Notes: generated by a model from the letters alone, not told the origin. DNA of 64,000 bases from Hydrurus foetidus (GCA_900617105.1 UYFQ01000518.1:1-64000), one strand, 5' to 3'. Positions 1 to 14,545 are shown, numbered from the stretch's first letter. Program-made: numbers and translations.

Positions 1-126
1 AACACTACTCTCATCTTGTTTTTTCTTCCGCCAATTTATCTTATCTTATCTTATCTTATCTTATCTTATCTTATCTTATCTTATCTTATCTCTTTTTGTC
101 TATTCTCATCTCATTGATCTTGCAAG

Positions 127-3100
127 GTTTGTGCACCCCCTGTACCCCACCGGCTGCACGGACGACATCGAGTACTTACACGGAAACAACAGCTGTCAAA
201 ACGCATCCTATCCCAAGCACCTCGAGAGAAATACGTACGTGCAAACAGAGGAATTCTGTGATCTGAAATGTTGAGGCGTGCGATTTCTTCACGTCCAGAA
301 TTCTCTGTTAAGTAATGTTCTTCACAATCCTTCCTTGCGCAACATCGCGGATTAATGTGCTGTATTACATTGTATGAAATAAAATTGTCGAATCTTGCAT
401 TCTTGTGCTTAATCTTACAATGTTTTGATTCTTCTTGAGTACGAATGCATCACACTTTCTTTTCCTATCCCCCATAGAGTCTTCCCCTTCGACTTCCTCC
501 CCTACTCCAAGCAGCCGTTCTACTGGCCGGACACGGCTAATGGGCCCCTGTACACCGTCCTCCCCAAGGGGAGTGACTCTATGCTAGAGGTGCGCCTATT
601 TCTAGCACTCTTACAGCTGGTTAAATTGATATGATGTTATGGTATTGATGTTGTTTCTCATACTGCTTACAATACAGATAACGATATTGATAATGGTATT
701 GATGACGATGGGAATGCAGAGTCATAAGAGAACTACTGCATATTATGATTCCTCCTCATCCAAACAGCTTTGACTAAATTTTCATACATCTTCATTTCCG
801 TTTGCAGACTTTATCTCATCTCACCTTACCTTACCTCACCTTACCTTACACTCATCACTTCACTTCATTCCACTTCACTTCACTACACTACACTACACTA
901 CACTACACTTATCCCCACTTCATTCCTTCTCCTTCGCAGGTCTATTCATATGGTTCTTTTCTTCTTCTTGTTTTGTCATGTCATCTCATGTCATGTCTTA
1001 TCATGTCATATCGTGATTTGTCCAGCCGAATCTTATCTCCTTTACTTTTACTTGTTTTTTCTCCTCCCCTCTTCTATTCCCTCCCCTCTTTTCCTCTCCT
1101 CTTGTTTGATCTCCTCTCCTCTCATTCTCACTCTCCTCTCTTCTCTTGTCCTCTCCTCTCTCTTCACTCCTTCTCCCCCGTATACCGTGGTACTTTCAGT
1201 CCTCGAGACGCTTCTCCTACAACAGCTCTACCAACAGCACGGACCCTCGTACCACATTTGTCAGGGAGGAGTGCACCAGTGTCAAAGGAGAGCCAACGAG
1301 AGGAATGGTGAGTTAAGTTAACATCTATGAGTTGGGATGGGAAGGGAAGGGAAGGGATGGGGGGAGGGAAGGGAGATCAAGGAATCGGATCAGGATGAGA
1401 AAAGATCAAATGCAACGCTTGCTTCCCGCCGCTTGAGCTGGCTTGCGCAGATAAAAGATCAGATCGGGAGATCGTCGTCCGTCAGATCGTCAAGATCAGA
1501 TCAGATCGAATCGGATCTTAATATTCTCTTGCGCATCCTTCCTTGCTCCTTACCTCAATACTTTTCTTACTTCACATAACCTTACCTTTACTTTTACCGC
1601 ACCACCCTCTGCGATTCTATTCTTCTCATCTCTTCTCGTCTCTTTCTCTACTTGTCTTTTCTCTTGTCTTCTCTTGTCTTGTCTTGTCTTGTCTACTCTC
1701 CCCCACTATTCACTCTCTCTCCATCTCTTCTCTTTTCTTTTCTTTTCTTCTCTCTTGCGTCACATTCTTCACTACAAATCACTATAGGTGCTAGATGGAA
1801 TGTACGGCAGAGCCAGTTCACCCGTATTGATTTCCCAGCCACGCAGACGCAGACCAGGTGAGATGTACTTCAAACATGACTTGTAGTGTAGTGTAGTGTA
1901 GTGTAGTGTGGTGTAGTGTAGTGTAGTGTAGTGTAGTGTAGTGTAGTGTAGTGTAGTGTAGTGTAGTGTCATGTAATGCAGTGCAGTGCAGTCTACTGTA
2001 GTGTAATGTGGTGTAGTGTAGTGTAGTGTAGGGCAGTGCAGTGTAGTGTAGTGTAATGTAGTGCAGTGCAGTGTAGTGTAATGTAATGTAGTGTAGTGCA
2101 GTGTAGTGCAGTGTAGTGTAGTGTAATGTAGTGTAGTGCAGTCTAATGTAGTGTAATGTGGTGTAGTGTAGTGTAGTGCAGCGTAGTGTAGTGTAGTGCA
2201 GTGTAGTGTAGTGTAGTGTAGTGTAGTGCAGTGTAGTGTAGTGTAGTGTGGTGTAGTGTAGTGTAGTGTAGTGCAGTGTAGTGTAGTGTAGTGTAGTGTA
2301 GTGTAGTGTAGTGTAGTGTAGTGTAGTGTAATGCAGTGCAGTCTACTGTAGTGTAATGTAATGCAGTGTAGTGTAGTGTAGTGTAATGTGGTGCAGTGTA
2401 TTGTAGTGTGGTGCAGTGTAGTGTAGTGCAGTGTAGTATAGTGTAGTGCAGTGTAGTGTAGTGCAGTGTAGTGTAGTGTAATGCAGTGCAGTCTACTGTA
2501 GTGTAATGTGGTGCAGTGTATTGTAGTGTAGTGTGGTGTAGTGTAGTGTAGTGTAGTGTAGTATAGTGTAGTGTAGTGCAGAATGATATAGTGTAGTAGA
2601 GTATAGTATAGTTTAGTAAAATGTGGCGTCCCTCAGCCTTCTGTATGAATTCTGATTTTGTGAATTTGTTTCCCACTACGATAAATGATCCTCGTCAAGA
2701 AATCTCAGCACGCACCAAGTACCTCTCTGCATTTTGCTCTCTATCTCCCACTTTTTATTTTCTATTTCATACCTTCATCCATCCATTTTTACTTTCTACT
2801 GCACTTTATCTTACAGGATGGGACGGGTGTCGGGACAGATCGGATGGGAATGCAGCACTAGAAAACAGACTACAGTACCTAAAACCGCAGCCTCGACTCG
2901 GTACTGTTGTACACACTGCATAATTATACTAATGACTGATAGACTAACCGACCAATTAAACGCCTCCTTTCTTTCCTCCGTATATTACTGATGATAAAAC
3001 ATTCTGGATTTTTGATGTACATGTAGATTATAAGAAACGTATCCCTTAAACGTAATTTTTGTAATCTTGCGTTCCCTGTCACAACCCCTTTATCTCCTCC

Positions 3101-6100
3101 CTCTCTATTATTCTTTCCTCTCGCCCTCTCTCTCTTCCCTTTTTCTTATCCCTCCTTCCCTCTTGTGCTCCCTCCCCCCTCAACTCCTCTGTCATCTAAC
3201 CCTTCCTCTCCTTCTACGCCTAGGTCACAGAGCGACATTCATCGCAGGTACGGATGAGTTGCTGATGTACGGGGGCAGTGCGTACGCACAAGAAGAAGCA
3301 CCTACTCTCTTGCTCTCCTATCCAACGACCACACGAGGTAAGAGCAGAGGGGTTAAGGAAAGGGAGGTAGGGGGAGGGAGAATTAGGGAGGGAGGGAGTA
3401 AGGGAGTGAGAGCGGATAAGGTAGGGAGATATGGAATGGATAGGGAAGGAAAAGAAATTTAAGAGGAGGAGGGAAGGAGAAATGGGAGGTGGTACAAGAC
3501 TCTGATTAGCTAACACAGACTGAAGAGACAGATTACGTATGCATTATCTCTGCATGTCGTTCACGTGGACAGCATCGCATCTCTTTGATCTCTTCCAGCC
3601 CTCTATTTCAACACCTCACAAGCGTTGTCACAATCTGATCATTGTAGTCCTTAACTGCTACAGCTCTGATTTCCTCAACTGCGAACATCGAATATTGGGC
3701 ACCCTGATCCTCTATCCGTCCCGTAGACTATCACATGCACACTACACTACATTTCATCACTTTACATTACACTACATTACATTGCTATATTACATTACAT
3801 TACACGACATTACATTGCTATATTACATTGCTATATTACATTACATTACATTACATTACATTATATGTACATTACAGTACACTACATTACATTACACTAC
3901 ATTACATTGCTATATTACATTACACTACATTACATTACATTACATTACATTACATTACATTACATTACATTACATTACACTACATTATATGTACAGTTAA
4001 GTACATTACAACACAATGTGAAAGAGTAACAGTGCAAAAGTGCACTTCTTCAAACGACTGATACTTGTGGCGGTACCAACACCAATTCATATCGTATTAT
4101 TGATATTCCTATTCCCAGATGACATGTGGTTTTACAGTCTCCACAATTGTGCGAATAATTGCACGGATCAGGGATCGTGTTTCTTCGGATACTGCCAGGT
4201 GAGAACACAAGAGAGGAGAGAGGAATCAGTAGTAGGGACAGGAGACAATACAGGGGAGTGAAGGAAATAAAGAAGCTAATAGTAGGGTGAGAATGAGGAT
4301 AACAAGTGAACGTTAGTGAAGTCAAGAGGGAAAAATCTTCACTCTTTTCTCCTAACTCTTTCTCCCTCTATTTTTCTCTCTCTCTCTCTTCTCTTCTCCT
4401 TTCTTCTCTACTCTTCATTCTCTCTCCCTCTCCCTACTCATGCTAGTGCTACGCAGGATACTATGGCTCCGACTGTTCCAATACGTCTTGTCCAGGAACG
4501 TTCTGCTACAACGATCCTATCACGATGCTCCAGGTGCTACTAGTGAACAGAGCAGCATACATGTGACGTGGTGCGATGTGTTGTGTGGTGCAGTGATGTA
4601 ATCTGATCTGAACTGAACTGAACTGATCTGATGTGTTGTAATCTTAACTGGACTGGACTGAACTGAACTGAAGTGAATTGAAGTGACGTCATGTCATCTG
4701 ATAATGATGTGATAAGATGTGACATAAAGTGTAGAGTGATAATGAGTTGTCGCTGCACATATACTCTGATGTATGTGATTAATCTGTTGTCATCACTGCC
4801 ATCTGCTGCTCCTACGTCACTATTCTCATTTCTTCCACGCCACCTTCATCATCGTCACTATTATTATTATTACTATTATTAGTACTATTGTCATTGTCAT
4901 TATTATTATTATTATTACCATTATTATCATTGTTTTTTATTATTATTATTATTATTATCATTATTGTTGCTATCATTATTATAATAATAATTATCATTAA
5001 TAATAATTATTATTATCATTATAATTATTATTAATCTTATTATCATTATTTTACTTTTATTCCTATTATTATCATTATCATAATTGCTACTATTACTATC
5101 ATCATCAACCTTCTCATCTTATTCTCTTTATGTCAAATCCTGTCGTGTCATATCTTGTCCTCTCTTCTTCTTGTTGTCATGTCATGTCATGTCATGTCAT
5201 GTCTGTGAAGGTATGCAGTCATGCGTGCCAAGCTGGATATGTACATACAGACCATGACGTGTACGTGTCGGACATTTCGAAGGTATGCACTTTGTGGGAC
5301 AGAAGAAAAAATAGAAATACCGATGGATTGTGTAATGTGAGAAATTGATTTCTAGAGGCAATAGTTAGGTAGAGAGGACCTGTGGAATTCTGTGCTTTCT
5401 TATCCATTATCTATGCTATCGCCAAGTGTTCGGAACACATAGACCATTTAATTGCCAGCTGTGACGCTCATTGATAAATGAGAGAGATGAATAGAACATA
5501 TGAGGGAGGAGGAGACAAGAGAAATGAAGCGTAGAAGTGCGCACATGTGCAGACCTACTGCCTCTTCTACGGTGCTTCTAGACTCATGACAGATCTTACA
5601 CTTCTTTCTCCTCCTCCTTTGCTAACCGCATCTCCTTTCATCTCATCTCGCCATCTCATTTCTTTTTTCTCTCATTTTAGCTGCCTTGCAGCAAGGAAAA
5701 TCCAGGAGAGATAAACGGAATATGTAACGGTTTCGGCACAACTCAATGTGCACCACCCATGATAGGTGCCGCTTATCTCTCCATGCATTATTTAGCAGTT
5801 ACCCGGCTACCAGTTGTTACCGTCCTCTCTCTTTATTGGAAGTATCATCTACTACGAGCTGTTTCCCCCTCCACTCTCTTCATCTGTACTGCACTGTACT
5901 ACACTGCAATGCACAGCCTCGTCTCACTCTGTCCTGTCCTTAACTCTCCATGAAATGCGATGCGACGTAATAGATCGCACTACACTTCTCTGTCCGGGCA
6001 TACTCTGCATGCACTGTCTCATTCCATCATTCCCCTCCTCCCCGTTCCCTCTTTCCCCTCTTCTCCTCCTCCCCTCTTTCCTCCTCCCTCTCTTCCTCCC

Positions 6101-7249
6101 CTCTCTCCTCCCTCCCCCTCCCCCTCCCTCCTCATTCTTCTCTTCCTCCCCCTCTTCGTCCCCCCTTCCCCCTTCCCTCCTCATTCTTCTCGTAGGTGAC
6201 GATTGCAGCATCAAGGATTGCAAGGGAAACTGTTCTTTCAACGGTTACTGCTCAGTGGAATATCCGGTCAGCAGATGTCTCTGCCAACCGGTGGGTAACT
6301 ATATTATTCACATTTCCATCAATGCTGGCATACTGTACGATGAGGATGAGAGAGCTTCCTATTCCTTGATTGATTAAGCACACTAACTGACCAAGAAATC
6401 CACCCCACTACTTCCTTGCTAACTTTGCTTCCTCATTCGCTCACTCTCCTTTCCATCAGCAGCACTCTATGATTCTCATCCACATCAATTCTTGCACCAC
6501 TATTCCTGCCTCTGTCTGTACTTCTATTTCTCTCTCCACACCCTCCCATCAATCTGTACACTGACGTCTATCTGGCAAATCTTGACTGTTTTTCCTTTAA
6601 GGGCTACTACGGAGAGATCTGCGAGTCCAAGGTGTGTCTAAACAACTGCAGCTATCCCCATGGAGACTGCAACGCATCCTCTGGATCGTGCGCATGTAAC
6701 ATGATGTACTCGCCTTACAACAGCTCCAGGTGAGAGACGGCGCATAGCGGCAGAGGAGCATACTTAGACGCCTCTCATACTCCTTCACACACTATCTCTC
6801 TCTCCCTCTTCCCCTCTCTATCACGCTCTCTCTTTCTCCTTCTCTGAATCCCTATCTCCTCACACCCTCTATCTTCTCCTCACACTCTCTCTCTTCTTCT
6901 CACACTCTGTCTCTTCTTCTCACACTCTGTCTCTTCTTCCCTCCACCTGTTTACCCATTCTCTCTTTGACATCACTAATCTCATCCCTAACTACTCTTTC
7001 TTCTGGTTCCCCCTCCTCTTCATGTCTAGACCATATCACCCCTGGGGCGGTGAGGATTGCTCATACCTCTTCGCCTACTCAGCTGCAAGCACACTGAGAA
7101 CTCGAACTTGGATCAGACCCTGGGTCGAGATGCCGGATATTCATTACATGCTCTCCTCCCCATTAGACACTTTTTTTATACTGCCATTTTGCACGGCCTA
7201 TTTATCTGGTGTATTTGTCCTGTGTGTGTGCGTTTATTTGGCACTCTAG
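127..7249 (+). CDS. Kelch-repeat + EGF-like-repeat single-pass membrane protein (attractin/tenascin-like architecture), 5'-truncated, at least 13 exons
   Basis: Phase-consistent GT-AG exons 127-234, 478-589, 1200-1307, 1788-1857, 2817-2900, 3224-3337, 4119-4198, 4447-4533, 5211-5282, 5681-5765, 6196-6290, 6602-6729, 7030-7249. Translation shows a Kelch motif (PRLGHRATF..LLMYGG..DDMWFY), several EGF-like Cys repeats (CANNCTDQGSCFFGYCQCYAGYYGSDCS; CKGNCSFNGYC..CLCQPGYYGEICE; CLNNCSYPHGDC) and a hydrophobic C-terminus. The start lies upstream of the window. Confidence 0.85.
1881..2612. repeat. Intronic (GTGTA)n pentanucleotide microsatellite with variant units
   Basis: Directly visible; similar blocks at ~9295-9783, and complementary or variant forms at 3738-3985 and elsewhere. 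Confidence 0.97.
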
Positions 7250-7743
7250 CTCGCTCCCTAATTCGGAATCAAGAATGGGATGTAAGTTATCAAATTAAAA
7301 ATAATTTAGCATCTGGAAAACATTTTTGAAATGTGAGGCACATTCTCACTCATACAGAAGATGAGACGTTCTTATCTAGTAAAGAAGCTTCCAACGTGAG
7401 CATGTCTCCACTACCGTACAGTGCGACTGCTGTTGGAACCTACTCTATCCGGACGCACACTAATCTAAATCACTGTCTTTTGCGATGTGAAATCAATAAT
7501 CAGAATTATTCTGGACTCCGGTATTCAATTCTCTCTGCAACATATTTTGTATTTTTGGTAATTTTTTGATCATTTTGAATGTAGTAGATTTTTCTTAGTT
7601 TTTGGTAGGTCATTACGCCAACCGTCTCGACTGCTGCTACGGCAGCATTCTAGCATCAGCCAGATTGAAGCATCACAAAGTCAACGGATTGATTTATCAC
7701 GAATTCACTACAACATGAATTGTAGCACTGCAATATCGGAGAT

Positions 7744-10700
7744 ATGAGCAGTGCAGGCGATGGTCCCGGTAAGGGATTCAGGATGAATCAGATACCATCG
7801 ATATTTGGACGAGAGATATCCTACGCAACCAATAATGACGGAAATCACGTAATAGTTTTCGTCATCTTTCCATGCGAAGATTTGTTTATTCATAACAATG
7901 TGGAGTTAGAGGTAGTTTTCCCGCCGAATTTTCAAACTTGTTCCGGAGAAGTGTCTATAAGAGCTAAGAACGCCGAAGCTTTCAGTGATTATCCTCTCCT
8001 CTGCTCGGCTGCAAATAGCATTACATTTCCATGGCTAGAAGATGCTACGAAGTACCCAATATCTGTTTGGTTTTATGCACTGCGGCAGTTACTGAAAAAA
8101 CAGAAGCGTAGTGTGTGGAAAACTCCTGTCCTAATTAAATCGAGCTTCCAAGATGGAAGAGATGAAGCTGTCTCGAATGGCCAGATCACACTTATGAAAG
8201 CTCCTGCACCGCTAGAAGGTCACAACAACGAGAACGACGAGTGTAGAAAGCTGCACATGTCATTCTGCTATGATAGTCCTATTAAATTGTTTTCGCTGAG
8301 ACATGGCTGATTGCAAATTGCATCAGCATGATAATTTTGATAACATCATTCTTGACTTTGCGTGACGCAAAATCAAGTCTATTCCGAGAGATTAAGAAAT
8401 TTTGACAGTTCAGATTCACTCTGATGCAGTATCTATTGCTGTGCGCACTAACTATATGATGATATGATATTGATAACCATTGTCTTGAAGACCATCATTC
8501 CAACCAAGTCATGCTCAATATAAATCCTGTGTGGATGAATTTCCTTTTGTCCATTCCTAATCTCCTATTAATAGACTGTCAGATCTGTATCATCTTATTG
8601 TAAGATCGTCTAATTCATAGAGTATCTCACCAAATACCCTATACCATATCTCAGGTCAACCGACCCGACCCGTCCCATCCCCCCTGGTGTTCCTGTCGGG
8701 AGCGGGTCGGACCAAGGGTCGGAGGAACTACATGGAAGACGTGGATTTCATCTTCGAGTCCGTACGCGTCACGGACAAAAGATCGGTGGGTGTGTACGGT
8801 GTGCTAGACGGACACGGAGGCAAAGAATGCGGTAAGTCAGTCTACTTACAGAGATACACTCACATCTCCTTCATGTCAGTGAATTGAATGGATCGGCTAG
8901 AATCGAATGCACCACATTAAATCAATGTCACGTTGATGTGGACTGCTTTGAAAGGAACAGCTTGAGCTAAGATGAGTTGACTCTTCATAGTGCCGGTGGC
9001 TTTATGTCTCCTCCAGACATTCCCAGTCCTTCTCCTTCTCCTTCTTATTTGTTGCAATTTGTAGTCCCCATAAAGCAATAAGTCCTACCCCCCTCTGCTT
9101 ATCCGAGTCTTCAAATCCCGTTACTACTCTCGTCGCTATTCGCTCACTACTCTTCTTGCTATTCAGCCATATTTGCTGCGGAAGAGATTCCGGTTAAAAT
9201 AGCCGGAGCTCTCCGGTCTGGCAGATCCTGTCCAGAGGCTCTCTTTCAATCCTTCATCGACACAGGTGTGATGCGCAACTGTGCTGTGTGGCGCTGTGTA
9301 GTGTAGTGTAGTGTAGTGTAGTGTAGTGTAGTGTAGTGTAGTGTGGTGTAGTGTAATGTGGTGTAGTGTAGTGTAGTGCAATTTAGTGTAGTATAGTGTA
9401 CTGTACTGTACTGTGGTGCAGTGTAGTGTAGTGTAGTGTAGTGTAGTGTAGTGTAGTGTAGTGTAGTGTAGTGTAGTGTAGTGTAGTGTAGTGTAGTGTA
9501 GTGTAGTGTAGTGTAGTGTAGTGTAGGGCAGTGAAGTAAAGTGTAGTATAGTATAGTGTAGTGTAGTATAGTGCAGCGTAGTGTAGTGTAGTGTAGTGCA
9601 GTGTATTGTAGTGTAGTGTAGTGTAGTGTAGTATAGTATAGTATAGTATAGTATAGTATAGTATAGTATAGTATAGTATAGTATAGTATAGTATAGTATA
9701 GTATAGTATAGTATAGTATAGTATAGTGTAGTATAGTGTAGTGTGGTGTATTGTAGGGCAGTGAGTGTAGTGCAGTGCAGTGTAACACTCTATCTGAAGT
9801 CACCACCAATCGTGATCAGTAACATCATCGTCATTGCAATTTACCATCATCATGAATATCACTAATGTAACATCACCCCTGCTTTACACATACGTAACCA
9901 TCCTCCCAATCACCTGTATTACTAGCCATCTCTACCGTCACCTATTCTTGTCTTCCACCCTCCCAATATTCAATGACGTCCAAATACTGATAAGCATTCG
10001 AATACCAACAAACACATTAGATGTAGAGTTCCTACGGACCTCATCCGGTAACCCTTCTGGTAGCACGGCCAACGTCATGCTCTGGGATAGTACCACAGGT
10101 GCGTACGTGTACGCGTGTGTGTGTCTGCTGTGTGTATGGGAGAGAGAGTGTGAGAGAGAGTGAGAGATTTTGTGTGTGGGGTGGTGGGGTAATCGATGTA
10201 ATGTAATGTCATACACGCTGTGTTGGATTATGATGTAATTTAATTTGAGTGGGTAGTTTGTAGTATGCTATGTGATATTGTGGTGCGTCACGCTGTGGTG
10301 AAAATCGATATGATATGTTTTGATATATTGTTGATGAGTGCGGTATGACAGACAATGCCTAGTATGGTGCAGCACTGTATTGAATGAGCTGATCTATAAT
10401 ACGGCATGACACTCCTGCCACGAGACATCATGCGTTCATTTTCCCTCTTTGTGACTGTTAGTTATTAACTGTGCGGTTAATACTTCTCATCTATCCAACT
10501 CTCCCTTCTCAGAAAGATCAGAGATCCACTCTCGATACGCCACTCAACACCTCTTCTCTTGTCTCCGTCTATGCCTCAGGTTTCGCTTATGTCGCCAACA
10601 CTGCAGACACTCGAGCAGGTCAGTGCATGTGCCGTACTGCCTCCTTCATCTTGTTCCTTTCTTCATTCTTATCCCTCATTTGTCTTTTTTCGTCTGCAGC

Positions 10701-13700
10701 CATCTATCAATTTATCTTTCTCCATCTTTATCTCCCACTTTTCCCCTCTCTCCCTCACTATTATCCATCTCTCTCTCTCTTTCCATCTCCCCTTGTTCTT
10801 CGTCTTACTGTCTACACTCAGTGCTGTGTCGGTGCGGCACAGCTCTCGACTTGTCCATCGACAGGAAGGCATCCGATCCAGAGGAGATAGCGCGCATCGC
10901 TGAGTCAGGTGACGCTGGAACCCTAATGACGCACTGACCACTGTGTCGCTCTGCGCTGTGTGTTCATCATCTAGTTTGTTTGTTTGTTTGTGTGTGTGTT
11001 TGTTTGTTTGTTTGTTTGTTTGTTTGTTTGTTTGTTTGTTTATTTGTTTTTTGATACTACTCCTATATCTGTGAATCATAGTGCGTGTTGAACTGTTCGA
11101 AAGTCTCATCTCTTTTCGTCAGCACTATTCCCAGACTTACATCGGGTGAAAGTGATCTCCTGGGGCCACTCACCCATTATTTATTTCATCCACGTGTCTC
11201 ATCTGAATTACTGTGATGATGTCGTGTAACCGCTCCGCTACTTCTTCGCTTTCTTTTACCCCTCTCCTCCTTCCCTTCCTCTTCTTGTCTTCTTCACGTT
11301 CCTTTCTTCCCCTTCCCCACCATCTCCTCCATTCCTATCATCAGGTGGCTTCGTGGCTAACGGGAGAGTGCAAGGTAGCTTGGCCGTGTCACGCGCACTG
11401 GGTACGGTAACTTAGCTTGCAACAACTCACTCCACTTTTTTTACCTGGCTCTGCTTCACTTTACTTCAACCCACTATACTGCATCATCAGTTGCGAGAAG
11501 TGAAGCATTAGAAATCGGACACCTTCAGTGCCGATTATATAAGCGCTTTCTCCGACTTGAATCAGACTGCTGATGATTCCGAATAAATTCCATTCACTCT
11601 TTTCACTCTCTCTCTCTCTTTCATATCTCTCTTTCTCCTCTCTCCTCTCTCCTCTTCTCCTTTTTTTTCTCTCCTTCCTCTCTTATCTCTCCTATCTCCC
11701 TATCTCTCTTCTGCTTCACTCCCCTCTCTTCTATCCCCTTCTAAACTCACCTGATTTCATTTCTCCTCACCTCGTTCCCTCTCCTCTCCTTCCCCTTATT
11801 CCACTCTCTCCATATCACCATTTAGGGGATGCGAAGTTGAAGGTGCTAGGATCTGGAGCAGCAGCAGCAGCGGTAGGACGGAATCTGTTGATCCCAGATC
11901 CCGAAGTGACCACTTTCCGTCCCTGTGGGGCTATCGATGATTTTATCATCATAGGTTAGATAAAAAATTTAGGTGGTAAAGGGATGGGATAGGATAGGAT
12001 AGGATAGGATAGGATAGGATAGGATAGGATAGGATAGGATAGGATAGGATAGGATAGGATAGGATAGTATGGGATGGGATGGGATGGGATGGGATGGGAT
12101 CGGGTTAAATTCATTATAATTGAATTAGATGGTATGGGATGGGATTCAGTTGATTATGATAAAATGAGAGGGGGCAGCTGCATTCCATGAGTGCTATGAG
12201 GATCGGAAGTGAGGATTGCGAACCCTCGCATAGGTTCTCTCGATTTCTTACAGTTTCTCACACAATTGCATTCGTCTCCATCTGAAATTCTATCTCACAA
12301 TGCACTGTCTTTCTTCGCACATTCTCATCTAGGAACACTGCACCGCACTGCACCACACCAAAATACGTCACATTAAACCTAATCTCACTTAATTAGACGG
12401 TTCCTTACATTCTGGGATTGGATTTTCAATTTCCTCATCACTCTGCTCTTTAAGAAGTCAGACGAGTTCTGAGCAAATTGAAATACCAAATCCCAGAAGC
12501 CAGACAATAAGGAACTATCTAATCTCGATTTATTTGAACCATTTTGTCTACACAATTATTTCTCCCTTTCTTTTATTTTCTTTTATTCTAGACTCATCAA
12601 TTTACTCTATTTATGTGAAACTTTACTCCCTACCCCTCTGTTCATCACATTCGTTCACTTCTACTCTATTCTATTTAACTCTATTCCATCCCATTCGTTT
12701 TTCTTCTCCACTCTTTACTTCTTCCCTCTTCTCTTCTCTTCTCTTCTCTTCTCTTCTCTTCTCTTCTCTTCTCTTCTCTTCTCTTCTCTTCTCTTCTCTT
12801 TCCTTCTCTTCTCTTCTCTTCCCTACAATGTAACAGCTACTGACGGATTGTGGGACGTGATGACATCTCAAGCTGCAGTAGACTATGTGTCGGAGAATCT
12901 GATAAGATCGGGGATACTGCCTGCTAGACAAGGGCAAGAAGAAGACAAAAACTCATTCGACATAAAGGCACCTAATAGAGGTACGTACGTATCTGCATTT
13001 ATTTCGCTTTCTATCGATACAGCTGTAATCTCCACTGGGATTGGTCACTTCAAATAAAATCATAACGGCTGCAATGATCAGTTTCCTAACCACTCCATCC
13101 CTTATGATGTCCCACTCTTGTCTAACCCGAACCCGAACCCGAACCCGAATCCCATCCCCATTCATTATCTTTTACGTTTTTAAGTCGTCAGCTAGTCACT
13201 CTTCCATTCTTTTATTCCCTCGTCTACCTGATTTATTAATAAGCTCACCTTACCTTCCCAATTTTCCCCCTCCCTATCGCCCCCCCTCCCCTCGTTTTCT
13301 TCTCTTTCATCTGTTCTTTTTACCTGCAGTTTTCCCATTTTAAGTCCTTCTCATCTCCTTTCCTCTCTCTCCCTCCCTCTCCCCACTTCCTCTCTTACTT
13401 CTTCCCCCTCTCCATCAGAAATGATAGTAGATCGTCTCTGCTCGATAGCACACTCCCTCGCAGACCATGCCATCGATCCTCTTAGGAGTCTGGACAATGT
13501 AACGGTCATGATAGTCCTCATCACCGACCCCTCCCAGCCCTGGGGGCAGAGATGCAACGGACCGGTCATGGACAGCTACTGGCAGGTGAGTGTGTGGGAG
13601 AGGGGGAGAGAGTGTGTGTGTGTGAGAGAGAGAGTGTGTGTGTGTGTGTGTGTGTGTGCGTCTCTGTGTATGTGTATGTGCGTGTGCGTGTGCGTGTAGA

Positions 13701-14395
13701 TGCTTGTAATCCTATCGCATTGCATCTCATTGATAACTGTCGTGCTCATAGGTAGCATATTGTCTAATCTTACTTATTTTCCTTCTGTTACCCTTCTTAA
13801 CAAATCTACTTAATATCATAATAGCTAATCTAATCTATACTGAACACAATTATTTTCTGAAATGTTCTGTTCTGTTTGCTAATAGGTCAGTGATGGTACA
13901 GACTGTTCTGGTGATGAAGGCAGAACAGTCAATGAAAGAGGCAGAGATGGAGGAAGAGAAAGAGGTAGTGATGATGGAGGAGCGTACAAGTCAGCCAGCA
14001 AGCAGAGCGATTCACTCGATATCCATAGGGTCACAAAAGGTGTCAGCAGCGGAGAGCGCGGTAGACTGAATGCTGAGAGCGGCCTAATCAACCGTCTCAA
14101 CTCCGTCAGTCTATCCGACAGGACCTCCAGTGCATCTGATTCTTCATCTCACAGTGATGCATCTCACTCATATGCTACTGGGGGGAGGGAGGTGAAAAGT
14201 GGCCACCTGATAGATGCCAAATCATCGTCTAGTACCAACAACAGCAGCGAAAGAAATAGTCATAGTAGTAACGATAAGAAGCATGATAGAGATAGCAGTA
14301 GAGGCGATCCAAAGGAAGGCAGGAACAAGGAGAAAGAGAAGAAGAAGGACGATGATGACTTGATGGACTTCCTTTTGGATGACAGCAATTTCTAA
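7744..14395 (+). CDS. PP2C/PPM-family Ser/Thr protein phosphatase with N-terminal extension and low-complexity C-terminal tail
   Basis: Exons 8655-8831, 9167-9265, 10021-10098, 10580-10618, 10822-10908, 11345-11401, 11826-11954, 12837-12980, 13419-13585 and 13886-14395 splice in frame. They give the PP2C motifs GRRNYMED, GVLDGHGG, GSTA, ANTADTRAV, GRVQGSLAVSRALGD, IIATDGLWDV and SLDNVTV. Joining ORF 7744-~8240 as the first exon is likely, but the donor site is uncertain. Confidence 0.9.
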
Positions 14396-14403
14396 TCACC
14401 AGC

Positions 14404-14545
14404 CACTCACTCACGCACTCACTCACTCACTCACTCACTCACTCACTCACTCACTCACTCACTCACTCACTCACTCACTCACTCACTCACTCACTCACTC
14501 ACTCACTCACTCACTCACTCACTCACTCACTCACTCACCACTCAC
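14404..14545. repeat. (TCAC)n tetranucleotide microsatellite directly after the PP2C stop codon
   Basis: Directly visible. Confidence 0.95.

Noticed and set aside
770..4061. Many HYTTL/HYITL and Leu/Ser/Phe-rich ORFs here and throughout the window
   Set aside because: They are translations of intronic microsatellites and polypyrimidine tracts.
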